Source: Devosia sp.
Lineage (GTDB): Bacteria; Pseudomonadota; Alphaproteobacteria; Rhizobiales; Devosiaceae
Length of the DNA stretch: 64,000 nucleotides
Assembly (NCBI RefSeq): GCF_048261455.1
Contig: NZ_JBLXGA010000002.1
Coordinates: 170,648-234,647, forward strand
Direction of reading: 5' to 3'
Part shown: piece by piece, positions 35,213-45,071 of the stretch
Numbering within the stretch: position 1 is the stretch's first letter
How the letters are laid out: every line of letters begins with the position of its first letter
Position numbers and translations under genes: made by a program
Notes under the pieces: generated by a model
The model's input: the letters and a program-made list of their open reading frames with translations, nothing else
Database searches by the model: none
What the model was told of the DNA's origin: nothing

Positions 35213-36058
35213 TCACTTCGGCAGATCGCGCTGCATGAAGGCGGCGAAAGCCTCCTTGAAATCGGCATGCCAGCGCGATAGCGCCGGGCGGTCGAGGATG
35301 ATGTCCATCGCATTCCAGTAGATGCGCTTGTGGTCGGTCTCGGGCGGGGTCTCGTCGTCCGGGCACAGGATGAAGAAGGCGTCGCGCGCCATCACGTCTG
35401 CCATGAACCCGATGACCTGCTCCGGCAGCCAGGCGCCCTGCTTGTGCGTAGCGTCGCCCGTCGTGGTCCAGCCGGGGATCAGCAGGTGCGCCGTCACCTG
35501 GCAGTCGGGGCGTTCGCGCAGATCGCGCGCCAGGTTCTGGCTATAGGCGTTCACCGCGGCTTTCGAAGTGTTGTAGGCCGGATTGCCGGGCGGGCTGGTC
35601 AGCCCCTGTTTGGAGCCGGTGTTGACGATCGCCCCCGGGCGCCCGGCTGACAGCATCTTGGGCAGGAAGGCCTGCACACCGTTGACGATGCCGAGCACGT
35701 TGACGGCGAACAGGCGCTGCCAGTTCTCGACCGGGTCGAGAATGCCGCCGGCGCCACCGGAAACGAAGGCCGCAGCGTTGTTCATCAGCAGGGTCGGCGC
35801 GCCGAAGCGGGTTTCCACCTCGCCCGCCAGTGCGGTCATGGCGTCGACCGACGCGACATCCAGCACCTTTGCCATGACGTTGTCCGCGCCAAGCGTCTCC
35901 GCCAGTTCGTCCGCGGTGGCGGCCAGCTTGGCCTCGTTCATGTCGGCGATGACCACGCGCATGCCGGTCGCCGCAGCCCGTCGGGCGGCCGCACGGCCAA
36001 TGCCGCTGGCGCCACCGGTGATGACGGCCACGCCGTCCTTTGCAAAAGCCTCGGCCAT
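35213..36058 (-). CDS. Short-chain dehydrogenase/reductase
   Basis: It has VAVITGGASGIGRAAA and the YNTSKAAV catalytic motif. The start at 36058 follows GGGAGG. Confidence 0.85.
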   Translation of the reverse strand: MAEAFAKDGVAVITGGASGIGRAAARRAAATGMRVVIADMNEAKLAATADELAETLGADNVMAKVLDVASVDAMTALAGEVETRFGAPTLLMNNAAAFVSGGAGGILDPVENWQRLFAVNVLGIVNGVQAFLPKMLSAGRPGAIVNTGSKQGLTSPPGNPAYNTSKAAVNAYSQNLARDLRERPDCQVTAHLLIPGWTTTGDATHKQGAWLPEQVIGFMADVMARDAFFILCPDDETPPETDHKRIYWNAMDIILDRPALSRWHADFKEAFAAFMQRDLPK

Positions 36059-36081
36059 TCCTGCCTCCCTGAGTTTCTGGT

Positions 36082-37581
36082 TCACGCCTTGCGCGGCGTC
36101 TCGTCGTCCGCTGGTGTCGCTGGCGCTTCCGTGTCCGGCTCGGCATCTGCAGAGGCAGGCTTCTGTGGCCCCATCATCTGATCGTCTGCCGCAGACGGTA
36201 CGACTGCTGGCGCGGTAGCAACCGTATTGGGCTCTTCCGCCGGTTCGGGCGCCGCCTCGGCGGTCTCGGTCTTTGCCGCATCGCGCTTTGCCGGGTGGGC
36301 CCGGCGCCAGGCGCGGTAGCGCACTTTCAGCCACCACAGCCCGTTCTGCACATTGCCGATCTCGTCGGCATAGGCCTCGGCAAGGGCGAGGCGATAGGAG
36401 GCATAGCTTTCGAGCCTCAGGGTCTCGACCCGGTGCATCAGCGCCGACCAGGCCGGCGACAGCAACAGGGTGATGGCGGTCACGGCGATGGCGAGACGAT
36501 ACAGGTCATCGCTCATCGCGCCCGCCGCGAGGCCCGCCGCCGCGAGGACGAAGGAGAACTCGCCGATCTGCGCCATCGAAAGGCCGGCGATCAGCGCCGT
36601 CTCCCGGTCCGAACCGGTGAGCCGCAGCAGCGCGACATTGAGCACGGTCTTGATGGCGATGACGATCAGCGCGGCAAACAGCACGAGGAGCAGGTTGCCC
36701 CAGACGAAGCCGAGGTCGATGAGCAGGCCGATCGAGAGAAAGAACACCACGACCAAGACGCTCTGGATCGGTTCGATCACCGGGATCACCCGGTTGCGCA
36801 GCGTCGAATTGCCGATGATCAGTCCGATGATGAAGGCGCCATAGGCCGGCGACAGACCCGCCAGACCGGATATCGCCGCCGCCCCGAAACAGAGCGCCAG
36901 CGAAACCAGCGCCAGCAGTTCGGTGCTGTCGCCCAGTTGCGCGTCGAAGGGCATCTTGAACTTGGGGCTGCGGCCCAGCCACCACAGCAGCAGCGTCAGC
37001 AAGCCGACGGCGAGGCCGATCTTCAGCGCCAGTTCGCCGGGATTGATCTCGCCCTCCTGCCCCAGCGAGGAGACGAGAATGAGCATGGGGACGACGGCAA
37101 TGTCCTGGGCGATCAGCACGCCGACCGCGATCCGGCCGGGCTTGCGGCGCAGCGCGCCCATGTCGTCGAGCATCTTCATCGCCACCACGGTGCTCGACAG
37201 CGTGAGGATGAAGCCCAGAACGAGGCCTTCGGCGAAGGTAGTGCCGATGGCAAAAGCGATCGCCGCGCCGAGGACGACACCGGCGGTCAATTGCCCGATA
37301 GCGACGGTCAGCGCCGGGCCGATGGTGGCGACGAAGGCCTTTAGCGACAGCTCGGTGCCGATGAAGAACAGCAGCAGCAGCAGGCCCATTTCGGCCAGCG
37401 CCGACACGCCCTCGCTGTTTTCGACCAGTCCCAGGCCGGTCGGGCCGAGCACCACGCCGGCAAGAATATAGCCCACCAGTGGCGGCTGTTTCAGCCGGAT
37501 CAGCATTAGCCCGGAGACCACCGCGACCACGACGACGATGGCAATCTCGACGAGCGGCACGCTGTGGGACATGTCTTCCAT
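36082..37581 (-). CDS. Cation:proton antiporter (CPA2/Kef-type membrane domain)
   Basis: The ~390-aa polytopic domain contains PPLVGYILAGVVLGPTGLG. A charged C-terminal tail follows. Confidence 0.8.
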   Translation of the reverse strand: MEDMSHSVPLVEIAIVVVVAVVSGLMLIRLKQPPLVGYILAGVVLGPTGLGLVENSEGVSALAEMGLLLLLFFIGTELSLKAFVATIGPALTVAIGQLTAGVVLGAAIAFAIGTTFAEGLVLGFILTLSSTVVAMKMLDDMGALRRKPGRIAVGVLIAQDIAVVPMLILVSSLGQEGEINPGELALKIGLAVGLLTLLLWWLGRSPKFKMPFDAQLGDSTELLALVSLALCFGAAAISGLAGLSPAYGAFIIGLIIGNSTLRNRVIPVIEPIQSVLVVVFFLSIGLLIDLGFVWGNLLLVLFAALIVIAIKTVLNVALLRLTGSDRETALIAGLSMAQIGEFSFVLAAAGLAAGAMSDDLYRLAIAVTAITLLLSPAWSALMHRVETLRLESYASYRLALAEAYADEIGNVQNGLWWLKVRYRAWRRAHPAKRDAAKTETAEAAPEPAEEPNTVATAPAVVPSAADDQMMGPQKPASADAEPDTEAPATPADDETPRKA

Positions 37582-37749
37582 GAAGCTCTCCTGCAGCGGC
37601 GATGGCGCGCCTGGGCTGTGCGGTGATGGCGCCGGCATGCGCCGGGGAAGGTTCGGCGGCCGTGCCGGCCGATTCAGATGTTAGAGCATCCTCAAGCACA
37701 TCGCCAAGCGCGGTTGCGCCAGCGCGCCCTCTGCCGCCCCTGGCCAGAG

Positions 37750-38862
37750 CTAAAGCGCGAGCGTTTCCATCAGTTCCCGCGCGGCGACGGCGCCGGCCCG
37801 ATTGGCGCCGATGGTCGAGGCGGACGGGCCATAGCCGACGAGATGGATGCGCGGGGCTTTGGCCACCTCGGTCGCGAGCCGGCCGGTCATGGTGATGCCG
37901 CCCGAGGCTTCGCGCAGATAGAGCGGCGCCAGATGATCGAGCGCCGAGCGAAAGCCGGTGCACCACAGGATCACATCGGCCGCCTGTTCGCGGCCATCGG
38001 CCCAGCGGATGCCGGTCTCGGTGAGCTCGGCGAACATTGGCTGGCGCTCGAGCGCGCCGCGCGCGCGCATCGCGGCAATGCGCGGGGTCATGTGCAGGCC
38101 GGTGACCGAGACCACCGAATTGGGCGGCAGGCCGGCGCGCACCCTTTTTTCGACCTGCGCTACGGCGGCGCGGCCCTGTTCGACGTCGAACGGCCCCTCG
38201 GCGAAGACCGGCGGGCGGCGGGTCACCCAGGTGGTGGCGGTCACCTGCGAGATCTCGTCGAGCAGTTGGATGGCGGAAATGCCGGCGCCAACGATCACCA
38301 CATGCTTCCCGGCAAAGGCCTCGGCGGTCTGGTAGTCCCGGGTGTGCAGCTGTCGGCCGCGAAATCGGTCCTGGCCCGGATAGTCGGGGATATAGGGCCG
38401 GGTCCAGGTGCCCGTGGCATTGACGAGACCGCGGGCAGCGAAGGCGCCGCGGTCGGTCTCGACCCGGAAGCGCCCGTTGCGTTCGGTCACCGTTTCCACC
38501 TCAACCGGCCGCGCCACATTGAGCCCGAAGCGCTCTTCATAGGCTGCGAAATAGCGCGGCACGGCGGCGGCGGCCTCCAGCGTTTCCGCACTGGTGTCGA
38601 CGGCATCGGAAAAGGGCATGCCCGGAAGGTCGTGAATGCGGTTGACGGTCGACAGCGTCAGCGAGGGCCAGCGGAACTGCCAGGCGCCGCCGGCCTGGGG
38701 CGCTTCATCGAGAATGATGAAGCCCGCGCCCGGTTTCAGCCCGCGCTGCACCAGATGATAGGCGGTCGACAGGCCCGCCTGTCCGGCGCCGATCACCACG
38801 ATCTCGGTCTTGATGGCGATGTTTTTGGCAATCGCTGTCGGCGCGGCGGCGGGGTCACTCAT
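37750..38862 (-). CDS. FAD/NAD(P)-binding flavoprotein (CzcO/COG2072-like)
   Basis: It has two dinucleotide motifs, VVIGAGQAGLSTA and VVIVGAGISAIQ. Confidence 0.7.
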   Translation of the reverse strand: MSDPAAAPTAIAKNIAIKTEIVVIGAGQAGLSTAYHLVQRGLKPGAGFIILDEAPQAGGAWQFRWPSLTLSTVNRIHDLPGMPFSDAVDTSAETLEAAAAVPRYFAAYEERFGLNVARPVEVETVTERNGRFRVETDRGAFAARGLVNATGTWTRPYIPDYPGQDRFRGRQLHTRDYQTAEAFAGKHVVIVGAGISAIQLLDEISQVTATTWVTRRPPVFAEGPFDVEQGRAAVAQVEKRVRAGLPPNSVVSVTGLHMTPRIAAMRARGALERQPMFAELTETGIRWADGREQAADVILWCTGFRSALDHLAPLYLREASGGITMTGRLATEVAKAPRIHLVGYGPSASTIGANRAGAVAARELMETLAL

Positions 38863-39003
38863 TGCCGGGATATGGGGGCGCGGCCCCGGCAAGTGCAAGC
38901 GGTGCGTCCCCTGCGGCTTGACTTGCGCGGCAAAATTTCCGATTGCACCGACCCCGCTCGCCGACCGCCCATGTGCCCGGTCGCGACCACAGCCCTTTCA
39001 GCG

Positions 39004-40278
39004 ATGAGACAGACAATGACGCGTGTGCACTGCGGCATGGATTTCGGCACCTCAAACTCCACCTTCGCCGTGGCAACCGAAGGCAGCGCGCCCCGCCTGC
39101 TGCCGCTTGAGGACGATCGGCCCACCCTGCCCTCGGCGCTCTTTTTCTCCTTCGAGGACCCGGGCATCTATTTCGGCCGCGAAGCGGTCAGCCAATATGT
39201 CTCCGGCATCGACGGGCGGCTGATGCGGGCGCTGAAAAGCGTGCTCGGCACGACGCTGTTCGCCGATCGTACCCGGGTCAAACAGCACGCTTACGGCTTT
39301 GGCGAGATCATCGGCCTGTTCATCGCGCAGCTGAAGGCGCGGGCCGAGACAGCGCTGGGTGAGGAGACGCGTGCGGTGGTCTGCGGGCGGCCGGTGCGTT
39401 TTGTCGATGACGATGACAGCGCCGATGCCGCAGCACAGGACCAGTTGGCGGCAGCCGTGAGAGCCCAGGGGTTCTCCGAGGTCGAGTTCCAGTTCGAGCC
39501 CATCGCGGCGGCGCTCGACTATGAGCAGCAGGTCTCGGGCGAGGAACTGGGGCTGGTCGCCGATATCGGTGGCGGCACTTCGGATTTCACGGTGATCCGC
39601 TTGTCGCCCGAGCGGGCGCGATCGCTCGACCGGCAAAGCGATATCCTCGCCACCGGGGGCGTTCATGTCGGCGGCACCGATTTCGACCGGCTGCTATCTT
39701 TGAAGAAAGTCATGCCGCTGATGGGGCTGGGCACCGGCACAGCCGACGGCAAGCGCAACCTGCCCGTCGCGCCCTATTATGATTTCGCCACCTGGCACCG
39801 GATCAACCGGCTCTACAGTGCGAAAATGCTGGCCGAGCTGCGCAGCACGCAAAAGGAAGCGCAGCACCCCGATCTCGTCGCGGCACTGGTGGCGCTGGTC
39901 GAGGAACGCCAGGGGCACCGGCTGGCCGGCCGGGTCGAAGAGGCCAAGATCGCGCTCAGCGAGGCTGACCAGACGCTGTTCCGCTTCACGACGCCGGATG
40001 TGCGTCTCGAAACCGGCATTACTGCCAGCGAGCTGACCGAGGCCCTCGACAGTGCCACCAGCGCGATCGCCGAAGCGATTGCCCGGACGCTGGCGGCAGC
40101 GGGGGTTGCGGGCGAACGGATCGACACGCTGATCCTGACCGGCGGCTCGACGCGCGTACCGGCCGTTGGGCGCGTGCTCAAGGCGCTGTTTCCGGCAGCA
40201 AAGGCGGTTGAAACCGACGCGTTCGGCAGTGTGGGGCTGGGGCTGGCGCTCGATGCGAAGCGCCGCTTCGGTGACTGA
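39004..40278 (+). CDS. Hsp70-family protein (YegD-like)
   Basis: It has CGMDFGTSNS, ADIGGGTSDF and LILTGGSTRVP motifs. The first 442 codons of the 866-aa track ORF are an antisense shadow. An alternative start lies at 39016. Confidence 0.8.
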   Translation: MRQTMTRVHCGMDFGTSNSTFAVATEGSAPRLLPLEDDRPTLPSALFFSFEDPGIYFGREAVSQYVSGIDGRLMRALKSVLGTTLFADRTRVKQHAYGFGEIIGLFIAQLKARAETALGEETRAVVCGRPVRFVDDDDSADAAAQDQLAAAVRAQGFSEVEFQFEPIAAALDYEQQVSGEELGLVADIGGGTSDFTVIRLSPERARSLDRQSDILATGGVHVGGTDFDRLLSLKKVMPLMGLGTGTADGKRNLPVAPYYDFATWHRINRLYSAKMLAELRSTQKEAQHPDLVAALVALVEERQGHRLAGRVEEAKIALSEADQTLFRFTTPDVRLETGITASELTEALDSATSAIAEAIARTLAAAGVAGERIDTLILTGGSTRVPAVGRVLKALFPAAKAVETDAFGSVGLGLALDAKRRFGD

Positions 40279-40281
40279 GGC

Positions 40282-42069
40282 TCAGGCGGCGTCGGAGACG
40301 GCGCGACGCGCCACGATCACCTGATTTCGTCCACCGGACTTGGCGGCATAGAGCGAGCGGTCCGCGCGCTCGATCAGATCGGACACGTCGCGGTCGTCAC
40401 GGCTTGCCAGCGCCACGCCGATCGAGGCGGTGACGGAAACAGCGACATGGTCGCGCGCGACATAGCGGCGCGAGGCGATGCGTGAGCGGATCCGTTCGGC
40501 GATCAGCTCGACGCCTTCCTTGTCGATCTTGCTCAGCAAGACGACAAACTCTTCACCGCCGAAGCGCGCCACCTTGTCGCCGTGGCGCACCTCCTGCTCG
40601 ATGGCCTGGCTGACGAAGGTGATCACGTCATCGCCCACCGCATGGCCATAGGTGTCATTGACCCGCTTGAAGTGGTCGATGTCGATGATCAGCATGCCGA
40701 AGTCGTGGCCGCTGCGGTTGAACTGAACCATCGCTTCTTCCGCAAATGTCAGGAAGGCCCGGCGGTTGAGCAATTGCGTCAGCGGATCGGTGTCGGCCAG
40801 CACCTGCAGGTTGGAGATGCGCTCGCCAAGCCGACGGGTTCGCTCGTCCATGTGCTGCTGCAACTGGGCTGCCGCCGCGCGCGCACTTTCTCCCGCGTCC
40901 TCAGCGGTGCCCAGGCGGCGCAGCAGGGCGCGGATGGAGGTCGAGAGCTGCCGAATGTCGCTCGAGCCATGTTCGCGCTCGATCATCGTGGCGTCGGGGG
41001 TGCGCCCGATGCGGTCGACCTGCTCGGCTAGCTGGCGCAGCGGGCTCGTTAGACGCCGAGCCAGTACGACGCCCAGCATGCTGGCCAGCAGCGCGATCAG
41101 CACGCCCACGCCCAGTATCGTCATCGACAGGGCGTCGGCATCAGCAAAAGCCGTCGCCACGGGGCGCCGTGCCACCACGATCCAGCCTAGTGGCTTGCCC
41201 CCGACCTGAAGCGCCATTCTGGTTGCTGCGGTGATGGTCCGCGGGCCGGTGTCATCGATAAACACGGTAGGGTGCCCGGTCGTGATGGCGTTGATGCGCT
41301 CGGGTGGCAGCGGTGCCGTGCCATAGCCGGGCCCGAACAGCACACGCCCGTCGGCCCTAAGAATCCACAAGTCGTTTTGCAAGTCGGCGTCGAGTGTCGC
41401 GAGAACGCCGGCGCGGCTCGCGTCGAGATGTGCCAGGTCCACATGCGTGCCAAGCACGCCAATCTGCCGCCCGTCTTTTGCCAGAACCGGCAGCGCGATA
41501 TCGAGAAGCCGGCCCGGTCCGGCCGCGCTATTGACGGGCAGGCGGTCGGACAGCAACTCGGCGGAATGCGCATCCACGAGTGTCGGCCGCTGCAGACCGT
41601 CCGAAAACCACGCGCTGCCGACCACCGACTCGCCTTCCAGCAGCCCGCCGGTCGCCGCATCGACACGGCCATCGGTGCCGGCAAAGCCGATCCAGACGAA
41701 TTCGGGGTGTGCGCGCTGAAGGCCTTCGAACATGTCGCGCAGCGGCGCGCCGCCGGCTCTGAAGACCGGCTCAAGCGGCTCGAGACCGACGACATCGGTT
41801 ACGGAGCGAACGTGTCCGCTGATGATGCGGTCGAGACCTGAGGTGATGTTGGCGCTGAAAGCCGACATCTGCGCGCTGGCGCGGTCCACGGCCTGGTTGC
41901 GGGCAATGTCGGCGACAATCCCGACGCAGGTCGCCACCACAAGGACGCAGAGTGTGACCAGAAGCATGGCAGTCTGCTGGCCGAGACTGAGCCTGTCCCG
42001 CCACACGCCCAATCTGGAAACTATCCGATTCACTCGCCATCCCCTCACGTCGCCGCATGGGTAACGCAA
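40282..42069 (-). CDS. Sensor diguanylate cyclase (periplasmic sensor, HAMP-like linker, GGDEF)
   Basis: It has an N-terminal TM segment, a ~250-aa extracytoplasmic region, a second TM segment and then RFGGEEFVVLL. The start is uncertain. Confidence 0.8.
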   Translation of the reverse strand: MRYPCGDVRGWRVNRIVSRLGVWRDRLSLGQQTAMLLVTLCVLVVATCVGIVADIARNQAVDRASAQMSAFSANITSGLDRIISGHVRSVTDVVGLEPLEPVFRAGGAPLRDMFEGLQRAHPEFVWIGFAGTDGRVDAATGGLLEGESVVGSAWFSDGLQRPTLVDAHSAELLSDRLPVNSAAGPGRLLDIALPVLAKDGRQIGVLGTHVDLAHLDASRAGVLATLDADLQNDLWILRADGRVLFGPGYGTAPLPPERINAITTGHPTVFIDDTGPRTITAATRMALQVGGKPLGWIVVARRPVATAFADADALSMTILGVGVLIALLASMLGVVLARRLTSPLRQLAEQVDRIGRTPDATMIEREHGSSDIRQLSTSIRALLRRLGTAEDAGESARAAAAQLQQHMDERTRRLGERISNLQVLADTDPLTQLLNRRAFLTFAEEAMVQFNRSGHDFGMLIIDIDHFKRVNDTYGHAVGDDVITFVSQAIEQEVRHGDKVARFGGEEFVVLLSKIDKEGVELIAERIRSRIASRRYVARDHVAVSVTASIGVALASRDDRDVSDLIERADRSLYAAKSGGRNQVIVARRAVSDAA

Positions 42070-42193
42070 AGCGCGTAAGGTGGGGAGACCGATTACTTCC
42101 TGTTCCTAGTCAATCACTCAAGTCGTGGTTAACAAAGTCTTCGCAAGCCTTAGCAGACAGAAGTCCGGCTAAGCCGTTCTACGGCGGCGATCC

Positions 42194-42526
42194 TTACAGA
42201 AAGTCATCGCGGCGCGGGGTAAAACTGTCGACGAGGCGGCCCGGCTCCAGCGCTACGACGCCGTGGGTGACGCCGGAGGGCACGATGAAACCGCCCCCTG
42301 CGGCAACGATCTGCGTCTCATCGCCAATCGTGACCTCGAAGCGTCCTTCGGCGACATAGGAGTTCTGGACATGCGGGTGCGTATGCGGAGCGCCGACGGC
42401 ACCGGCTTCGAAGCTGAACTCGACCAGCATCAGTTCGGGCAGATCGAGGATCACCCGGCGGGTCGATCCGTCGAGCCGGGTCAGCTTGCCCTCATGCGGG
42501 CCGGCAAAGAGTTTCGGGGCGGACAT
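42194..42526 (-). CDS. Cupin-domain protein
   Basis: The 110-aa product carries GAPHTHPHVQNSYV ... VPSGVTHG. Confidence 0.7.
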   Translation of the reverse strand: MSAPKLFAGPHEGKLTRLDGSTRRVILDLPELMLVEFSFEAGAVGAPHTHPHVQNSYVAEGRFEVTIGDETQIVAAGGGFIVPSGVTHGVVALEPGRLVDSFTPRRDDFL

Positions 42527-42549
42527 GGGGCACTTCCTCGATTTGCGGA

Positions 42550-43320
42550 TCAGGCGGGCGTGGCGCGGCGGCGCTGGTGCTCGCGATAGCGTTCCTGGCT
42601 GTTGACCAGATGGAGCCGCATGGTGCTGCGCGCCCTGTCCGGGTCGCCATCACCGATGGCGGTCAGGACGTCCAGATGCTCGCGATGCACGGTTGCCAGC
42701 ATCTCGGCTTCCCGCGCCGGGTCGCCGGGATAGATCGAGCCGACATCGCCGGGGATGGCGCGCCGGCCCATGGCGTCGAGCAGTTCGACATAGAACGGAT
42801 TGCCTGTCGCCTGGGCGATGGCGCGGTGAAAGGCGAAATCGGCCGGCCCGGTCTGCTTGCCCTCGCGCAGCAGGCGATCGAACTCCAGATAGGCCTCGTG
42901 CATCTCGGCTTCCTGGGTCGGGTTGCGGCGCTCGGCCGCCAGCGCGGCGCCCTCCACCTCCATCGCCAGCCGCACTTCGAGCATGTTGAGCGCATTCGAG
43001 ACCCGGCGCGCCAGTTCGCCCGCCATGGCGCCGAAGCTGGGCAGCGGGTGGTCGGCAACGAACACCCCTGCCCCCTGGCGCGGCACCACCAGCCCATCGG
43101 CCGCAAGAGTGGCGATCGCCTCGCGCACCACGGTGCGCGACACGCCGAAGATCTCGGTCAGCCGTTGCTCGGTGGGCAGTTTCTCGCCGGCCGAGAGCTC
43201 GCCCCGCATCAACTGCTCGCGCAGCGTCTCGGCGACGCGCACCGAGAGCTTTTCGCGCGGCGCTGCAGACCTGCGCATGTCGTTAAACCCTCCCGCGGCG
43301 ATCCCGGGGGTCGGGCTCAC
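42550..43320 (-). CDS. GntR/FadR-family transcriptional regulator
   Basis: The wHTH reads LPTEQRLTEIFGVSRTVVREAIATL. An FCD-type C-domain follows. The GTG start overlaps the uxaC stop (GTGA). Confidence 0.8.
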   Translation of the reverse strand: MSPTPGIAAGGFNDMRRSAAPREKLSVRVAETLREQLMRGELSAGEKLPTEQRLTEIFGVSRTVVREAIATLAADGLVVPRQGAGVFVADHPLPSFGAMAGELARRVSNALNMLEVRLAMEVEGAALAAERRNPTQEAEMHEAYLEFDRLLREGKQTGPADFAFHRAIAQATGNPFYVELLDAMGRRAIPGDVGSIYPGDPAREAEMLATVHREHLDVLTAIGDGDPDRARSTMRLHLVNSQERYREHQRRRATPA

Positions 43321-44723
43321 AGCCGATACGCCTGCTTGACCAGGCGATAGGCGAGATCATGCGCCACTTCGTGCGCTTCGTCCTCCTCCAATCGATGCTC
43401 GGTGACGAGCCGCGCGAGGAAAGCGCAATCGATACGGCGCGCCACATCGTGCCGGGCCGGGATGGAGGGGAAGGCGCGGGTGTCGTCGTTGAAGCCGACG
43501 GTATTGTAGAACCCCGCCGTTTCGGTCGCCATCTCGCGGAAGCGCCGCATGCCCTCCGGGCTGTCGTGAAACCACCAGGGCGGGCCGAGCTTCAGCGCAG
43601 GATAGACGCCCGCCAGCGGCGCCAGTTCGCGCGCATAGGAGGTTTCGTCGAGGGTGAAGAGGATCACCGACAGGTCCGGCTCGGTGCCGACGACGTCAAG
43701 CAGCGGTTTCAGCGCACCGACGTAATCGGTCTGGGTCGGGATATCGAAGCCCTTGTCGCGGCCGAAGCGCGTCATCATCGCAGGGGAATGATTGCGCCAC
43801 GAGCCCGGATGGATCTGCAGCACCAGCCCGTCATCGACGCTCATCTTGGCCATTTCGGTCAGCATCTGGGCGCGGAACAGGGCCTTTTCGGCGGCATTTG
43901 CCGTGCCCGTCCGCACCTTGTCGAACAGCAGCGAAGCCGCATTGGCCGACAGGTTGGCAGTATCGGCCGTCGGATGCCCGTGATCGGACGAGGTGGCGCC
44001 ATGCTTGATGAAGAACGCCCGGCGCTGGCGATGCGCCTCGAGATAGCCGGCCCAGCTGCCGGTATCTTCGCCGGTGATCTCGCCCAGCCGGTCGAGGTTC
44101 TGGTCGAAGCCGTCGAAATCGGGGTCGACCACCGAATCCGGGCGATAGGCCGGCACGACGCGGCCGTTCCAGCCGCTCTGGGCAATCATTTCGTGCCATC
44201 TGAGGTCGTCGAGCGCCGCGTCGGTGGTGGAGATCACCTCGAGATTGAAGCGCTCGAACAGCTGGCGCGGCCGGTAGGCGTCGGTCAGCAGCAGTTCGGC
44301 GATCCGGTCATAGGTCGCGTCCGCGTTCGCCGGGGTCAGGCGCTCGGTGATGCCGAACAGGGTGGCCAACGTATGGTCCATCCACATGCGGGTCGGCGTG
44401 CCGCGGAACAGATAGTAGTTTTCGGCGAAGCGGCGCCAGATGGTGCGCCCGTCGGTTTCGACCGCGCTGCCATCGGCGGTCGGCACGCCGAGATCCTCGA
44501 GGCGGACGCCCTGCGAGAACAGCATGCGGAACACGTAGTGATCCGGCACGATCAGCAATTGGGCGGGATCGGGGAAATGCGCGTTCTCGGCATACCAGCG
44601 CGGATCGGTATGGCCGTGCGGCGAAACCAGCGGCAGGTCCTTCACCGTTTCATAAAGTGCCCGCGCCACGCCGCGCGCCTTCGGCTCGGCGTCAAACAGC
44701 CGGTCGTCGTGTAGTATCGTCAA
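43317..44723 (-). CDS. uxaC: Glucuronate isomerase
   Basis: LPLVSPHGHTDPRW...IVPDHYVFRML. The TTG start at 44723 was chosen because GGAGGG lies 6 nt upstream. Confidence 0.85.
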   Translation of the reverse strand: MTILHDDRLFDAEPKARGVARALYETVKDLPLVSPHGHTDPRWYAENAHFPDPAQLLIVPDHYVFRMLFSQGVRLEDLGVPTADGSAVETDGRTIWRRFAENYYLFRGTPTRMWMDHTLATLFGITERLTPANADATYDRIAELLLTDAYRPRQLFERFNLEVISTTDAALDDLRWHEMIAQSGWNGRVVPAYRPDSVVDPDFDGFDQNLDRLGEITGEDTGSWAGYLEAHRQRRAFFIKHGATSSDHGHPTADTANLSANAASLLFDKVRTGTANAAEKALFRAQMLTEMAKMSVDDGLVLQIHPGSWRNHSPAMMTRFGRDKGFDIPTQTDYVGALKPLLDVVGTEPDLSVILFTLDETSYARELAPLAGVYPALKLGPPWWFHDSPEGMRRFREMATETAGFYNTVGFNDDTRAFPSIPARHDVARRIDCAFLARLVTEHRLEEDEAHEVAHDLAYRLVKQAYRL

Positions 44724-44921
44724 GTCAGTCCCTCCACCTAACCAACTGGTTACCAAGCAGACGCGCGATGTCAACGCATGAGGGGCGCCTCAGCGTTGCA
44801 AAGCGGGAACTTTGCCCAGCCGATCCCGCCCCGGCACGGCCTGCGGCTTGTGTTTTGCCGCCCGAAGGCTCAGGTACTTGGGCCCGTGGCAGGACCCCTG
44901 CCGCACAACCAGCGAGGCACC

Positions 44922-45071
44922 ATGGCGCGCAAGCCCAATTACGACTTCGAACGACGCGAACGCGAACGGCTGAAGAAGATCAAGGCTGCGGAAAAGGCCG
45001 AGGCCAAGGCAAAGCCGGCCGAAGACGCCGATGCCGGGGATACGCCTGGCACGCCCCCGTCCGAGGACTAG
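44922..45071 (+). CDS. Small charged protein (49 aa) abutting rsgA
   Basis: MARKPNYDFERRERERLKKIKAAEKAEAKAKP... Its stop codon is immediately followed by the rsgA ATG. Confidence 0.5.
   Translation: MARKPNYDFERRERERLKKIKAAEKAEAKAKPAEDADAGDTPGTPPSED

Noticed and set aside
36082-38862. CPA2 antiporter next to a CzcO-like flavoprotein as a novel pair
   Set aside because: As far as I recall, association of COG2072 flavoproteins with cation transporters is already documented. This is ordinary.
37678-39003. N-terminal 442 codons of the 866-aa + ORF
   Set aside because: This part is antisense to the CzcO-like flavoprotein gene. Hsp70 motifs begin only after the Met at 39004/39016, so only the C-terminal 424 aa are called.
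42194-44723. Hexuronate utilisation locus as something unusual (uxaC plus GntR plus cupin, without uxaA/uxaB/uxuA)
   Set aside because: The partner genes may simply lie elsewhere, and nothing in the sequence itself is atypical.
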